64,000 bases of DNA from an uncultured Planococcus sp. (GCA_947493585.1 CANLRI010000007.1:45-64044), one strand, 5' to 3'. Positions 9,937 through 23,489 are shown, numbered from the stretch's first letter. Notes: generated from the letters alone by a model not told the origin. Numbers and translations are program-made.

Positions 9937-10155
9937 TTATTTAAAACGGTATGTGATGCGACCGCGTGTTAAATCGTAAGGAGAAAGTTCTACTGTTACT
10001 TTATCTCCTGGCAGAATGCGGATGAAATGCATGCGAATCTTGCCTGATACGTGCGCAAGAATCGTATGGCCATTTTCAAGCTCCACTTTAAACATCGCGT
10101 TGGGCAAAGTCTCAATGACTGTTCCCTCGATTTCAATTACATCGTCTTTCGCCAT
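9937..10155 (-). CDS. infA: translation initiation factor IF-1
   Basis: 72 aa, [30 protein letters not shown]... Confidence 0.97.
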   Translation of the reverse strand: MAKDDVIEIEGTVIETLPNAMFKVELENGHTILAHVSGKIRMHFIRILPGDKVTVELSPYDLTRGRITYRFK

Positions 10156-10559
10156 CGACCCAGTCTCCCTTCTGTATACAAATCAGGTACTCATCTTCAA
10201 ACAGTATTTGCTGATTGAATAATTCTTATCCATTCACCAGGAATTCATGAGTGACATTTGAAAGACCTTCTCCGGGTTCCTCTCCCCACTTATGACAGCG
10301 GAGTTCGGGGGTTCCGGTTGAGCCAGTCTGACCCACGTATCCTCGACTGCCCGGACTGCCTTGGATGAGTTCCAAACCCGTTACACAGATGCTTCCACGA
10401 AACTCATTATACTACCTCCGGTGCGGAATTGCACGGAGCAACGAGCCTCACCGGTTTCATATAATCAAGCCTTGTTTGCTTTTGCAGCTCTCGAAAATTC
10501 ATATCTCCGGTGCTCCTTAAAGCCACATGGAGGCAACTAACTGCGCCCGGCGCCGGGAC
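10156..10559 (-). other. ORF-free, G+C-rich, helix-rich spacer between adk and infA (function unknown)
   Basis: No ORF of 60 aa or more on either strand. Several complementary segments are described in the findings. B. subtilis has map at this position. Confidence 0.3.
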
Positions 10560-11270
<711 letters not shown>

Positions 11271-12566
11271 TTATTTCATAAAGCCTTTGTAATGACGTTT
11301 CACAAGCTGCGATTCCAATTGCTTCATCGTTTCAAGGGCTACCCCTACGACGATCAGCAAACTGGTGCCGCCAATCTGTGCAGATTGAGGCAGGTTTGCG
11401 ATGTTAATGAAGAAAATTGGCATGACCGCGATAACTGAGAGGAAGATGGCTCCAACAAAAGTTAAACGGTAAAGCACACTTGTTAAATAATCTTGCGTAT
11501 TTTTACCCGGACGGATTCCCGGAATGTATGCACCTTGCTTTTTCAAGTTGTCCGCCACGTTTTCAGGATTAACCTGAATGAATGCATAGAAATACGTGAA
11601 TGCAATGATCAAGGCGACATAAATGATCATGCCGACAGGACGCGTGTAATCAAACGTATTCTGGATTGCCTCCGTAAACGCGTTGGCACCAAAGAAAGAA
11701 GCGATAGTTTGCGGCGTGATGATGAACGCCACTGCAAAGATTACCGGGATAACTCCGGCCGCGTTTACTTTCAAAGGTAAATGCGTTTGCTGCCCATTCG
11801 AGCTCTGGCCACGGCCAGCGACACGTTTGGCATACTGGATCGGAATTTTACGCAACGCTTGTTGGACGTAAATGACCAATACAGTAATTGCAACAACTGC
11901 GAGTGCGAGCAATGCCATGATGGCAATATTGATCGGAAGCTGATCGCCAGCTCCTTGGATCTGCTGCGCATAAAGTTGGTTAATTGCTCCTGGTACTGCA
12001 GCGACAATCCCTGCGAAGATGATAATCGAAATACCGTTCCCCACGCCTTTTGCCGTGATCTGCTCACCAAGCCACAATAGAAATGCTGTTCCTGCTGTCA
12101 GTACGATGGCGATTACCACATAAGTCGCAATCGAATCATCTTGAATCAATGTACCTCCGTACATTTGGTTAAATCCATAAGACATACCGATCGCCTGAAT
12201 AAACGCAAGAACGATTGTAAAGTAACGAGTGAATTGAGCAAGTTTCCGTCTTCCGACTTCGCCTTGTTTCGCCCACTCAGCAAATTTCGGCACAACATCC
12301 ATTTGCAGAAGCTGCACGATGATCGATGCTGTGATATAAGGCATGATTCCCATCGCCAAAATCGAGAAGTTGGCAAGGGCGCCTCCACCGAAAGTATTCA
12401 AGAAACCGATCAGACCCATCTGATCAGTAGCTTGGAGTACTGACGCATCAACATTCGGCACCGGAACGAATGTCCCGATACGGAAGATGATGAGCATTGC
12501 TAAAGTAAAGAAAATTTTATTTCGAATATCAGATACGCGCATAAGATTAGAGATTGTCTGAAACAT
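11271..12566 (-). CDS. secY: preprotein translocase subunit SecY
   Basis: 431-aa polytopic membrane protein between rplO and adk. Confidence 0.97.
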   Translation of the reverse strand: MFQTISNLMRVSDIRNKIFFTLAMLIIFRIGTFVPVPNVDASVLQATDQMGLIGFLNTFGGGALANFSILAMGIMPYITASIIVQLLQMDVVPKFAEWAKQGEVGRRKLAQFTRYFTIVLAFIQAIGMSYGFNQMYGGTLIQDDSIATYVVIAIVLTAGTAFLLWLGEQITAKGVGNGISIIIFAGIVAAVPGAINQLYAQQIQGAGDQLPINIAIMALLALAVVAITVLVIYVQQALRKIPIQYAKRVAGRGQSSNGQQTHLPLKVNAAGVIPVIFAVAFIITPQTIASFFGANAFTEAIQNTFDYTRPVGMIIYVALIIAFTYFYAFIQVNPENVADNLKKQGAYIPGIRPGKNTQDYLTSVLYRLTFVGAIFLSVIAVMPIFFINIANLPQSAQIGGTSLLIVVGVALETMKQLESQLVKRHYKGFMK

Positions 12567-13006
12567 TAAAGCACCTCGGTTTGACCGCCGGCAGCTTCAA
12601 TAGCTTCTTTAGCTGATGCAGAGAATTTGTGGGCTTGTACAGACAATTTCTTGTCCAAGCTTCCGTTACCAAGGATCTTGATACCAGAACGCTCCTTGCT
12701 CACAACACCTGTTTCGATCAACAATGCAGGTGTAACTTCTGTGCCTTCTTCGAAACGGTTCAACACGTCAAGGTTTACAACAGTGTAATCTTTACGGTTG
12801 ATGTTCGTGAATCCACGCTTCGGCAAACGACGGAACAATGGGTTTTGACCACCCTCGAATCCTGGACGGACACCGCCGCCTGAACGAGCTTTTTGACCTT
12901 TGTGACCTTTACCGGCTGTTTTACCAGTACCTGAACCGATTCCGCGTCCGACACGCTTGCGTGAGCTGCGTGAACCTTCTGCTGGTTTTAATTCGTGAAG
13001 TTTCAT
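12566..13006 (-). CDS. rplO: 50S ribosomal protein L15
   Basis: 146 aa, Gly/Lys-rich N-terminus. Order within the spc operon. Confidence 0.96.
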   Translation of the reverse strand: MKLHELKPAEGSRSSRKRVGRGIGSGTGKTAGKGHKGQKARSGGGVRPGFEGGQNPLFRRLPKRGFTNINRKDYTVVNLDVLNRFEEGTEVTPALLIETGVVSKERSGIKILGNGSLDKKLSVQAHKFSASAKEAIEAAGGQTEVL

Positions 13007-13039
13007 GTGGTTGGCACCTCCTTCTATAGAAATCAGGGA

Positions 13040-13222
13040 TTAAACTTCTTTAATAGTAACTAAGTGAGCGACTTTATCAAGCATTCCGCGAACTGCCGCG
13101 TTGTCTTGGTGCTCAACTGTTTGATGCATTTTACGCAGGCCTAGTGACTGGACTGTTTTACGTTGTGTCGGCTTTGCACCGATCACGGATTTAGTGAGGG
13201 TAATTTCTAGTTTAGTAGCCAT
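13040..13222 (-). CDS. rpmD: 50S ribosomal protein L30
   Basis: 60 aa, between rpsE and rplO. Confidence 0.95.
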   Translation of the reverse strand: MATKLEITLTKSVIGAKPTQRKTVQSLGLRKMHQTVEHQDNAAVRGMLDKVAHLVTIKEV

Positions 13223-13236
13223 GTAATTTCCCTCCC

Positions 13237-13737
13237 TTATTGGAATAACTCTTCTGTAGTTTTGCCGCGAAGTTTTGCAACTTCATCAGCGCTCTTCAGT
13301 TGAGTCAAACCGTTGATAGTAGCACGGACCATGTTGATCGGTGTGTTAGAACCAAGAGATTTAGACAAGATGTCTTGTACTCCTGCAAGCTCTAATACCG
13401 CACGAACTGGACCACCAGCAATTACACCAGTACCTGGTGAAGCAGGTTTGATAAGAATCGAGCCGGCACCGAAGCGCCCGGTCACTAGATGTGGAGTAGT
13501 ACCTTTAACCATAGGTACTTCGATTAAGTTCTTCTTCGCATCTTCAATAGCTTTACGGATTGCTTCTGGAACTTCTTGTGCTTTCCCAGTACCAAAACCG
13601 ACTTTACCATTTTTGTCGCCTACAACAACCAATGCGGAGAAACGGAAACGACGTCCACCTTTTACAACTTTCGCTACGCGGTTAATCGTAACTACGCGTT
13701 CTTCAAGTTCAAGTTTGTTTGGATCAATACGACGCAT
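13237..13737 (-). CDS. rpsE: 30S ribosomal protein S5
   Basis: 166 aa, ...[22 protein letters not shown]... Confidence 0.97.
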   Translation of the reverse strand: MRRIDPNKLELEERVVTINRVAKVVKGGRRFRFSALVVVGDKNGKVGFGTGKAQEVPEAIRKAIEDAKKNLIEVPMVKGTTPHLVTGRFGAGSILIKPASPGTGVIAGGPVRAVLELAGVQDILSKSLGSNTPINMVRATINGLTQLKSADEVAKLRGKTTEELFQ

Positions 13738-13757
13738 TATATGTGTCCCTCCTTCTT

Positions 13758-14120
13758 TTAGAATTCTAAGCCGTTTTCACGTGCGGATTCAGCCAAAGCT
13801 TTCACACGGCCGTGATATAGATAACCACCGCGGTCAAAAACAACTGATTTCAAGCCGTTTTCTACTGCACGTTTTGCAATCGTTTCACCGACTTGAGCAG
13901 CCGCTTCAACGTTGCCTTTAGTTTCAAGAGAAAAATCTTTATCTGCAGATGATGCGCTAGCAAGCGTTACGCCGTTTACATCGTCGATCAATTGAGCGTA
14001 GATGTATTTGTTTGAACGGAATACGTTCAAACGCGGACGTTCAGCTGTTCCCGTGATTTTAGAACGTACGCGAGCGTGACGTTTTTTACGGGATGCGTTT
14101 TTATCGAGTTTCGTAATCAC
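13758..14120 (-). CDS. rplR: 50S ribosomal protein L18
   Basis: Trimmed to the GTG start (M)[18 protein letters not shown] (120 aa), 8 nt after an AAGGAG Shine-Dalgarno. The track start lies inside the Shine-Dalgarno. Confidence 0.95.
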   Translation of the reverse strand: MITKLDKNASRKKRHARVRSKITGTAERPRLNVFRSNKYIYAQLIDDVNGVTLASASSADKDFSLETKGNVEAAAQVGETIAKRAVENGLKSVVFDRGGYLYHGRVKALAESARENGLEF

Positions 14121-14153
14121 TGAGGTCACTCCTTTCAGCCTGCCTAAGCAGCA

Positions 14154-14693
14154 TTATTTACCTGTTTTACCTTCTTTGCGGCGAACTTTTTCGTCTTCGT
14201 AACGGATCCCTTTGCCTTTATACGGCTCTGGCGGGCGAGTAGCGCGGATGTTTGAAGCAAGTGCTCCAACCAATTCCTTGTTAATTCCTTTAACGACGAC
14301 TTTCGTGTTGCCTTGTACTTCGATTTCGATTCCTTCTTCCGGAGTGAATTCCACCGGATGAGAGTATCCAACGTTCAAGACTAATTTCTTGCCTTGTAGC
14401 TGGGCACGGTAACCTACACCGACTAGTTCAAGTGAGCGGGAGAAGCCTTCAGATACTCCAGTAACCATGTTCGCGAGCAATGCACGGGTTGTACCGTGGA
14501 TTGTGCGGTGGTCTTTGGAATCTGATGGGCGTGACAATGTCAAAACATTGTCTTCCTGCGTGATTGTGATATCTGAGTTAAACGAGCGAGTAAGCTCGCC
14601 TTTAGGTCCTTTTACAGTTACGTTATTATTGTCTTCGACAGTAACGGTAACGTTAGCAGGAACCTCGATTGGTTTTTTACCTACACGTGACAT
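14154..14693 (-). CDS. rplF: 50S ribosomal protein L6
   Basis: 179 aa, [17 protein letters not shown]... Confidence 0.97.
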   Translation of the reverse strand: MSRVGKKPIEVPANVTVTVEDNNNVTVKGPKGELTRSFNSDITITQEDNVLTLSRPSDSKDHRTIHGTTRALLANMVTGVSEGFSRSLELVGVGYRAQLQGKKLVLNVGYSHPVEFTPEEGIEIEVQGNTKVVVKGINKELVGALASNIRATRPPEPYKGKGIRYEDEKVRRKEGKTGK

Positions 14694-14723
14694 TCTGTTG
14701 CACCTCCATTCGTTTGTTGCTTC

Positions 14724-15122
14724 TTACCAAACGTAAGCTATGATTTCGCCGCCGACTTTTTTCGCGCGGGCTTCTTTATCAGTTACCAAACCTTGTGATG
14801 TCGATACTAGAGCGATTCCAAGACCGTTTAGTACACGAGGCACCTCGTCAGTTTTAGCGTATACACGTAGTCCTGGTTTTGAAATGCGTTTCAAGCCAGT
14901 GATGACGCGTTCGTTGTTGGCACCGTATTTAAGGAAAATGCGGATCATGCCTTGTTTATCATCTTCAACATATTCTACGTCACGTACGAAACCTTCGCGC
15001 TTCAGAATTTCAGCGATGTCTTTTTTCACGTTGGAAGCCGGAAGCTCCAATTTCTCGTGACGAACCATGTTTGCATTACGAATGCGTGTCAGCATATCTG
15101 CAATCGGATCTGTCATTGTCAT
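14724..15122 (-). CDS. rpsH: 30S ribosomal protein S8
   Basis: 132 aa, [18 protein letters not shown]... Confidence 0.97.
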   Translation of the reverse strand: MTMTDPIADMLTRIRNANMVRHEKLELPASNVKKDIAEILKREGFVRDVEYVEDDKQGMIRIFLKYGANNERVITGLKRISKPGLRVYAKTDEVPRVLNGLGIALVSTSQGLVTDKEARAKKVGGEIIAYVW

Positions 15123-15151
15123 TACATTTACCTCCTTCCCAATTTAGGGGA

Positions 15152-15896
<745 letters not shown>

Positions 15897-15923
15897 GTTT
15901 GTACCTCCCCTCATTCAGGAATT

Positions 15924-16235
15924 TTATTTATCTAATTTTTCACCGGATTTTTTTGCAACACGAACTTTTTTGCCGTCTTCCATTTTATATCCTACGCGAG
16001 TCGGCTCGCCGGATTTAGGGTCAACTACCATCACGTTTGATACGTGGATCGCAGCTTCTTGGCTGACAATTCCGCCTTGCGGGCTTGCCTGGTTCGGTTT
16101 TGTATGCTTTTTGACGATGTTAACACCTTCAACAAGCACACGGTCTTTCTTAGGTAGAGCAGTCAAAACAACTCCTGTTTTGCCTTTGTCTTTACCAGAG
16201 ATGACCTTAACTGTATCACCTTTTTTTACATGCAT
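15924..16235 (-). CDS. rplX: 50S ribosomal protein L24
   Basis: 103 aa, [19 protein letters not shown] (KOW motif). Confidence 0.96.
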   Translation of the reverse strand: MHVKKGDTVKVISGKDKGKTGVVLTALPKKDRVLVEGVNIVKKHTKPNQASPQGGIVSQEAAIHVSNVMVVDPKSGEPTRVGYKMEDGKKVRVAKKSGEKLDK

Positions 16236-16271
16236 TCTGTCGCACCTCCTTGGTATCGCACGTTGGATGTT

Positions 16272-16640
<369 letters not shown>

Positions 16641-16687
16641 TTAGGTAACCTCCCTCCGGAACTTTTAGGATTCCGAACTTATTTAAA

Positions 16688-16951
16688 TTAGATGATGACA
16701 GCTTTTTCGACGACTTCCACTAAACGGAAACGTTTTGTAGCTGATAGTGGACGAGTTTCCATGATGCGAACGATGTCGCCCATTTTCGCTTCGTTGTTCT
16801 CATCATGAGTCTTGAATTTCTTAGAGTATTTTACACGTTTGCCATAAAGCGCGTGCTTTTTTTGAGTTTCAACCATTACTGTAATGGTTTTGTCCATTTT
16901 GTCAGACACGACGCGGCCTGTGTATACTTTGCGTTGGTTACGCTCAGACAT
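16688..16951 (-). CDS. rpsQ: 30S ribosomal protein S17
   Basis: 87 aa, [23 protein letters not shown]... Confidence 0.96.
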   Translation of the reverse strand: MSERNQRKVYTGRVVSDKMDKTITVMVETQKKHALYGKRVKYSKKFKTHDENNEAKMGDIVRIMETRPLSATKRFRLVEVVEKAVII

Positions 16952-16974
16952 ACTTGCAACCTCCTCTCGAATTA

Positions 16975-17599
<625 letters not shown>

Positions 17600-17600
17600 A

Positions 17601-18257
17601 TTATTTGCCTCCTTCCTCAGAATTCTTCTTGGTTGGAAGGACTTCACCGCGGTAGATCCATACTTTCACGCCGAGCTTACCATAAGTAGTGTCTGCTTCA
17701 GCGTGCGCATAGTCGATGTCTGCGCGCAATGTATGGAGCGGAACAGTTCCTTCGCTATAGGACTCAGCACGGGCAATGTCAGCTCCGCCTAGACGTCCAG
17801 ATACTTGAGTTTTGATCCCTTTAGCGCCTGCACGCATAGTGCGTTGGAGCGTTTGTTTTTGGGCACGGCGGAATGATGCACGGTTTTCTAGCTGACGTGC
17901 GATTCCTTCAGCGACCAATTTCGCGTCAAGGTCAGCGCGTTTGATTTCTACGATGTTGATGTGTACACGCTTGCCAGTCATCGTGTTCAGTTGCGTACGA
18001 AGTACTTCTACTTCAGAGCCACCTTTACCGATTACCATACCTGGTTTCGCAGTGTGGATTGTTACATTTACACGGTTTGCAGCGCGCTCGATTTCAATTT
18101 TAGAAACTGAAGCTTCTTTCAAACGTGTTTCGATGTATCCACGGATCTTCAAATCTTCGTGAAGGAGTGTCGCGTAGTCTTTCTCAGCGTACCATTTAGA
18201 CTCCCAGTCACGGATGATTCCGATTCGCATTCCAATTGGATGAATTTTTTGTCCCAC
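17601..18257 (-). CDS. rpsC: 30S ribosomal protein S3
   Basis: 218 aa, [24 protein letters not shown]... Confidence 0.97.
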   Translation of the reverse strand: MGQKIHPIGMRIGIIRDWESKWYAEKDYATLLHEDLKIRGYIETRLKEASVSKIEIERAANRVNVTIHTAKPGMVIGKGGSEVEVLRTQLNTMTGKRVHINIVEIKRADLDAKLVAEGIARQLENRASFRRAQKQTLQRTMRAGAKGIKTQVSGRLGGADIARAESYSEGTVPLHTLRADIDYAHAEADTTYGKLGVKVWIYRGEVLPTKKNSEEGGK

Positions 18258-18260
18258 GAA

Positions 18261-18602
18261 TTATCCCTCCTTCTTCTCAGATACCACTAGTGTGATGTGG
18301 CTAGTGCGTTTGTTGATTGCGCTCGCGCGTCCCATTGCACGTGGACGGAAACGCTTCAAAGTCGGCCCTTCGTCAACGAATACTTCGCTGATTACAAGGT
18401 TTTCAATGTTCATTTCATAGTTGTGTTCAGCGTTAGCAGCTGCAGATTTCAATAACTTCTCAACAACAATGGATGCTGCTTTAGGAGTATGGTTTAAAAT
18501 TGCGACCGCTTCACCGATTTGCTTGCCTCGGATTAAATCTACTACTAAACGGACTTTACGAGGAGCAATACGTACTGTTCTAGCAACAGCTTTTGCTTGC
18601 AT
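18261..18602 (-). CDS. rplV: 50S ribosomal protein L22
   Basis: 113 aa, [20 protein letters not shown]... Confidence 0.96.
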   Translation of the reverse strand: MQAKAVARTVRIAPRKVRLVVDLIRGKQIGEAVAILNHTPKAASIVVEKLLKSAAANAEHNYEMNIENLVISEVFVDEGPTLKRFRPRAMGRASAINKRTSHITLVVSEKKEG

Positions 18603-18621
18603 GGGGAAATCCTCCTCTCAA

Positions 18622-18900
18622 TTAACGTCTTGTTTTCTTATCGTCTGCACCATGGCTTGCGTATTTGCGTGTTGGAGCAAATTCACCAAGTTTATGGCCT
18701 ACCATATCTTCAGTCACGTATACAGGGATGTGTTTGTGGCCATCGTATACTGCAATTGTTAGCCCGATGAATGTCGGGAAAATTGTAGAACGGCGAGACC
18801 AAGTTTTGATCACTTGTTTTTTCTCAGATTCCTTTTGCGCTTCGACTTTCTTCATAAGATGATCGTCTACAAAAGGTCCTTTTTTCAAGCTGCGACCCAT
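18622..18900 (-). CDS. rpsS: 30S ribosomal protein S19
   Basis: 92 aa, [20 protein letters not shown]... Confidence 0.97.
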   Translation of the reverse strand: MGRSLKKGPFVDDHLMKKVEAQKESEKKQVIKTWSRRSTIFPTFIGLTIAVYDGHKHIPVYVTEDMVGHKLGEFAPTRKYASHGADDKKTRR

Positions 18901-18960
18901 TTGGGATCCTCCCTTCGTGATTGCACCACGGTTCTTTTGGCGAACCGCAGCGAAATCAAA

Positions 18961-19791
18961 TTATTTTTTGCGGCGACGCACGATGAATTTATCGGATTTG
19001 TTCGTTTTCTTGCGTGTTTTGTATCCAAGAGTTGGTTTGCCCCATGGAGACATTGGCGATTTACGTCCGATTGGCGAACGTCCTTCACCACCACCGTGTG
19101 GGTGATCGTTCGGGTTCATGACAGATCCGCGGACAGTTGGGCGGTTGCCTTTCCAGCGGTTGCGTCCTGCTTTACCGATGTTGATCAATTCGTGCTGTTC
19201 GTTTCCGACAGCTCCGATTGTTGCGCGGCAAGTAGCAAGGATCATGCGAACTTCGCCTGATTGCAAGCGAACAGTTACGTATTTTCCTTCTTTACCAAGC
19301 ACCTGTGCTGAAGCTCCTGCAGAACGTACCAATTGGCCGCCTCCGCCTGGTTTCAACTCGATGTTGTGGATAGTAGAACCCATTGGGATGTTAAGCAATG
19401 GCAAAGCGTTACCTGCTTTGATGTCTGCTTCCGGTCCTGACATGATTTGCGTGCCAACCTGAACACCTTTAGGTGCAAGGATGTAACGTTTTTCTCCGTC
19501 AGCGTAATGGATAAGTGCGATGTTCGCAGAACGGTTCGGATCGTATTCGATCGTAGCAACGCGTCCTGGAATGCCATCTTTGTTACGTTTGAAATCAATC
19601 ACGCGGTATTGGCGCTTATGTCCGCCCCCGTGGTGGCGTACAGTGATTTTACCTTGGTTGTTCCGGCCGCCTTTACGCTTCGTCGGTTGCAAAAGCGACT
19701 TTTCAGGCTTGTTCGTTGTGATTTCAGCGAAATCTGAACTAGTCATATTACGACGACCGTTAGTGGTAGGTTTGTATTTTCTAATCCCCAC
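18961..19791 (-). CDS. rplB: 50S ribosomal protein L2
   Basis: 276 aa, ...[19 protein letters not shown]... Confidence 0.97.
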   Translation of the reverse strand: MGIRKYKPTTNGRRNMTSSDFAEITTNKPEKSLLQPTKRKGGRNNQGKITVRHHGGGHKRQYRVIDFKRNKDGIPGRVATIEYDPNRSANIALIHYADGEKRYILAPKGVQVGTQIMSGPEADIKAGNALPLLNIPMGSTIHNIELKPGGGGQLVRSAGASAQVLGKEGKYVTVRLQSGEVRMILATCRATIGAVGNEQHELINIGKAGRNRWKGNRPTVRGSVMNPNDHPHGGGEGRSPIGRKSPMSPWGKPTLGYKTRKKTNKSDKFIVRRRKK

Positions 19792-19838
19792 GTTGTTTAC
19801 CTCCTTCTTTGATTAGTTCTTGTTCAGAACTTATGCAA

Positions 19839-20123
19839 TTACATTTCGAATAGTTCGATGTCTTTTGAAGCAGCAGTCAATTTCACGATCGCTTTGCGGC
19901 GTTTGTTCGTGTAGCCTGCGTGTTTGCCCATGCGTTTGAATTTGCCTTTGTAGTTCATGATGTTGACTTTCTCAACTTGAACGCCGAAGACTTCCTGAAC
20001 TGCATGTTTAACTTGAGTTTTGTTAGCGCGAACGTCCACTTCGAAAGTGTACTTCTTCTCCGCCATTACCTCAGAAGAACGCTCGGTAATGACTGGACGC
20101 TTTAGAATGTCACGTGCTTCCAT
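19839..20123 (-). CDS. rplW: 50S ribosomal protein L23
   Basis: 94 aa. Order within the S10 operon. Confidence 0.95.
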   Translation of the reverse strand: MEARDILKRPVITERSSEVMAEKKYTFEVDVRANKTQVKHAVQEVFGVQVEKVNIMNYKGKFKRMGKHAGYTNKRRKAIVKLTAASKDIELFEM

Positions 20124-20746
20124 TAACCAAGCACCTCCTCGATTTTTTCTACGGCTCCTTTAGTCATGACGACTTTGTCATGGCCAAGCAAGTCCAATAC
20201 GTTGATTCCGTTTGCCGGAACAACTGTCATGCCTTTGATGTTGCGTGCAGATAGTGCCACGTTCTCATCAAGGTCAGCTGTTACGAACAATGCCTTCTTG
20301 CCGACAGACAAGTCAGTCACGAGTTTCGTGAATTCCTTTGTTTTCGGTGCATCGAAAGCCAATCCTTCAAGAACCATCAGGTTTTCGTTTGCTACTGCCG
20401 AAGACAATGCAGAACGAAGAGCCAAGCGACGGACTTTTTTAGGAAGTTTGTAGCTGTAGCTGCGTGGTGTTGGGCCGAATACGACTCCGCCTCCGCGCCA
20501 TTGTGGTGAACGGATCGAACCTTGACGAGCACGTCCAGTTCCTTTTTGCTTCCATGGCTTTCTTCCGCCACCGGCTACTTCAGAACGGTTTTTAACTTTA
20601 TGGTTACCTTGGCGCAATGAAGCACGTTGTGCAACGACTGCGTCAAAAAGTACAGATTCATTTGGTTCAATGCCGAAGACAAGATCGTTCAATTCGATAT
20701 CGCCAACTTGTGAACCAGTTTGGTTTAGTAAAGCTACTTTAGGCAT
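20123..20746 (-). CDS. rplD: 50S ribosomal protein L4
   Basis: 207 aa, ...[25 protein letters not shown]... Confidence 0.97.
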   Translation of the reverse strand: MPKVALLNQTGSQVGDIELNDLVFGIEPNESVLFDAVVAQRASLRQGNHKVKNRSEVAGGGRKPWKQKGTGRARQGSIRSPQWRGGGVVFGPTPRSYSYKLPKKVRRLALRSALSSAVANENLMVLEGLAFDAPKTKEFTKLVTDLSVGKKALFVTADLDENVALSARNIKGMTVVPANGINVLDLLGHDKVVMTKGAVEKIEEVLG

Positions 20747-20774
20747 TCTTGTTTCCTCCTTTCTTCAAGTGTGA

Positions 20775-21404
20775 TTAGTTAGCTTTGATAGCCGACTTAA
20801 CACGGATTAGTGATTTGCGTGCGCCAGGAACATTCCCTTTAATAAGAAGCAAGTTGCGCTCAGCATCCACTTTCACGATGTGAAGGTTTTGGATAGTGAC
20901 CGTGTTGCCGCCCATTTGACCAGGCAATTTCTTCTGTTTGAATACGCGGTTCGGAGCAACAGGCCCCATTGAACCAGGACGACGGTGGTAGCGTGAACCG
21001 TGAGTCATTGGTCCGCGTGATTGTCCGTGGCGTTTAATAACACCTTGGAAACCTTTACCTTTCGTAGTTCCTGTTACATCTACTACATCGCCTTCTGCGA
21101 ATACATCTACTTTGACTTCCTGACCAATCTCGTAATCAGCTAAGTTTACATTGCGAAGTTCGCGAATGAAGCGCTTAGGAGCAGTGTTTGCTTTTGCTAC
21201 GTGGCCTTTCTCTGGTTTGTTCGAAAGCTTTTCGCGTTTGTCATCAAAACCAAGTTGTACCGATTCGTAGCCATCCACTTCAACTGTTTTTTTCTGAAGC
21301 ACTACGTTTGGAGCAGCTTCGATTACAGTTACAGGGATCAAATCACCGTTCTCAGCAAAAACTTGCGTCATACCGATTTTTCTACCTAAGATTCCTTTGG
21401 TCAT
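20775..21404 (-). CDS. rplC: 50S ribosomal protein L3
   Basis: 209 aa, [16 protein letters not shown]... Confidence 0.97.
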   Translation of the reverse strand: MTKGILGRKIGMTQVFAENGDLIPVTVIEAAPNVVLQKKTVEVDGYESVQLGFDDKREKLSNKPEKGHVAKANTAPKRFIRELRNVNLADYEIGQEVKVDVFAEGDVVDVTGTTKGKGFQGVIKRHGQSRGPMTHGSRYHRRPGSMGPVAPNRVFKQKKLPGQMGGNTVTIQNLHIVKVDAERNLLLIKGNVPGARKSLIRVKSAIKAN

Positions 21405-21453
21405 GTCGTCACACCTCCTGCAAAATTTTATGTTTTTTATTTTCGTTTACCAA

Positions 21454-21954
<501 letters not shown>

Positions 21955-21959
21955 TTACT

Positions 21960-21987
21960 AGTATAGCAGGATTCTTTTCAGTTTCAA
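21960..21987 (-). promoter_or_regulatory. sigma-A promoter P1 of the S10 operon, TTGAAA-16-TGcTATACT (extended -10)
   Basis: -35 at 21982..21987 and -10 at 21960..21965, with TG at -15/-14. Confidence 0.5.
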
Positions 21988-22018
21988 CCGATACGATAAT
22001 AGTCGAAATCTTTCGGAC

Positions 22019-23347
22019 TCATCCTAAAAACATCACGGCAATCCAGCCGAACAAGACAAGCGGGATATTGTAATGGATGAATGTCGGGACGACTGTATCC
22101 CAGATGTGATTGTGCTGCCCGTCTACGTTGAGTCCCGCGGTCGGCCCAAGCGTCGAGTCGGAAGCAGGCGACCCCGCATCCCCTAGCGCGCCCGCTGTTC
22201 CGATCAAGGCGATGATGGCCATCGTCGAAAACCCGAATTCGATACTGAGCGGCACGAATATCGCGGCGATGATCGGAATCGTCGAGAATGACGAGCCGAT
22301 GCCCATCGTGACAAACAAGCCAACGATCAACATGGCAAGAGCTGCTAAGCCTTTGTTGTCGCCGAAGATCGCTGCTGCGTTTTCAACAAGCGAGTCGATG
22401 GCACCGGTCGCTTGGATCACCGAAGCGAATCCGTTTGCTGAGATCATGACAAACCCGATGAATGCCATCATGCGCATACCCGCCGTCAAGACGTCATCCG
22501 CCTCTTTCCATTTCATTGCCCCGAAGACGTAGAGGATCAGGATGCCAGCGAGTGCGCCGATGATCATCGAATCGCTTTGGATCTGCGCGAAGAGTGCCGC
22601 GATCAAGGCGATGACGGTCACGATGATGTCTTTGACAGAAGCGGTCCGTTTTGGAGTTTCTTCTATAGTACTGGCTGCTCTTACTTCACGGTAGTCGCGT
22701 GGCTTGCGGTAAGAAATGAAAACCGCGACGACTAAGCCGAGAAACAACCCTGCAACCGGCAGCGCCATCGCTTTCGGGATATCCGCCATGTCGATTGGCA
22801 TGCCAGCGAGTTCCATCTGCGTGGCGAGAATCTCGTGGAAGATCAAGCCAAAGCCATACGGCAATAAAATATACGGCGCCGTCAGCCCGAATGTCAGGAC
22901 AGACGCGATAAGGCGGCGGTCGATGCGCAATTCATTTAAAATGTGCAAAATCGGCGGCACAAGAAGCGGGATAAAGGCGATATGGATCGGAATCAAGTTT
23001 TGCGAAAAGATCGCCATAGCGAACAGCGCAAAGATGATGAGCGCCTTCGCCAAATTTTCGCGCGTCGCCTCCCCTTCTTTATTAACCAGTTTCAATACGC
23101 CCGCAACGAGCAATTCCGGTATGCCAGTACGCGAAATAGCGACGGCAAATCCACCGAGCATGGCATAGCTCAATGCGATGGTCGCCCCCGCACCGAGACC
23201 GTCTGTATAGGAAGTCAAAGTTTCAGTGAAGCTGAGCCCCCCGCTAAGCCCACCGGCGAGTGCGCCGATCAATAAGGCAAAGACGACGTTGACACGAAGC
23301 AAGCTCAATATAAGCATCACTAAAACGGCGATAATAACTGCATTCAT
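22019..23347 (-). CDS. Na+/H+ antiporter-family membrane transporter (YuiF/NhaC-superfamily-like), substrate unknown
   Basis: 442 aa, about 11-12 hydrophobic segments, Gly/Ala-rich helices. Same length and N-terminal pattern as B. subtilis YuiF-type proteins, as far as I recall. Confidence 0.7.
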   Translation of the reverse strand: MNAVIIAVLVMLILSLLRVNVVFALLIGALAGGLSGGLSFTETLTSYTDGLGAGATIALSYAMLGGFAVAISRTGIPELLVAGVLKLVNKEGEATRENLAKALIIFALFAMAIFSQNLIPIHIAFIPLLVPPILHILNELRIDRRLIASVLTFGLTAPYILLPYGFGLIFHEILATQMELAGMPIDMADIPKAMALPVAGLFLGLVVAVFISYRKPRDYREVRAASTIEETPKRTASVKDIIVTVIALIAALFAQIQSDSMIIGALAGILILYVFGAMKWKEADDVLTAGMRMMAFIGFVMISANGFASVIQATGAIDSLVENAAAIFGDNKGLAALAMLIVGLFVTMGIGSSFSTIPIIAAIFVPLSIEFGFSTMAIIALIGTAGALGDAGSPASDSTLGPTAGLNVDGQHNHIWDTVVPTFIHYNIPLVLFGWIAVMFLG

Positions 23348-23378
23348 TGTTCATTTCTCCTTTAGTTTGCTAAAGCGT

Positions 23379-23421
23379 TAAAGTACTTTACTAAAGTAAC
23401 AAATCTCCACAATGATGTCAA
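23379..23421 (-). promoter_or_regulatory. sigma-A promoter TTGACA-17-TACTTT overlapped by a 20-bp interlocked palindrome (candidate operator)
   Basis: -35 at 23416..23421 and -10 at 23393..23398. TACTTTAGTAAAGTACTTTA (23379..23398) contains TACTTTA-G-TAAAGTA and TAAAGTACTTTA. Confidence 0.55.
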
Positions 23422-23449
23422 CACAGCAAAACCGCTCCCGAATGGCACC

Positions 23450-23484
23450 AAAAAAACCGCTCCCTGCCTAAAGACAAGGAGCGG
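23450..23484 (-). terminator. intrinsic terminator of the ilv-leu operon
   Basis: Stem CCGCTCCTTGTC-TTTA-GGCAGGGAGCGG followed by T7. Confidence 0.85.
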
Positions 23485-23489
23485 CTGCG

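Noticed and set aside
10307-10360. Six consecutive Gly-X-Y triplets (GSP GSR GYV GQT GST GTP), collagen-like, in one minus-strand frame of the adk-infA spacer, within a 56-codon open frame.
   Set aside because: The frame has no ATG. The only TTG and GTG candidates lack a usable Shine-Dalgarno. The periodicity is largely produced by the tandem 9-nt repeat GGCAGUCCG/GGCAGUCGA. A second frame is equally open across the same stretch, which points to compositional bias rather than coding. It is kept as a note inside the spacer finding, not as a gene.
10156-10559. Hypothesis that the spacer is a decayed map (methionine aminopeptidase) pseudogene.
   Set aside because: My manual translation of the three minus-strand frames gives short stop-interrupted peptides with no resemblance to the MAP sequence I remember. 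At 404 bp it covers only about half of a map gene. This cannot be excluded without a tblastn or blastx search.
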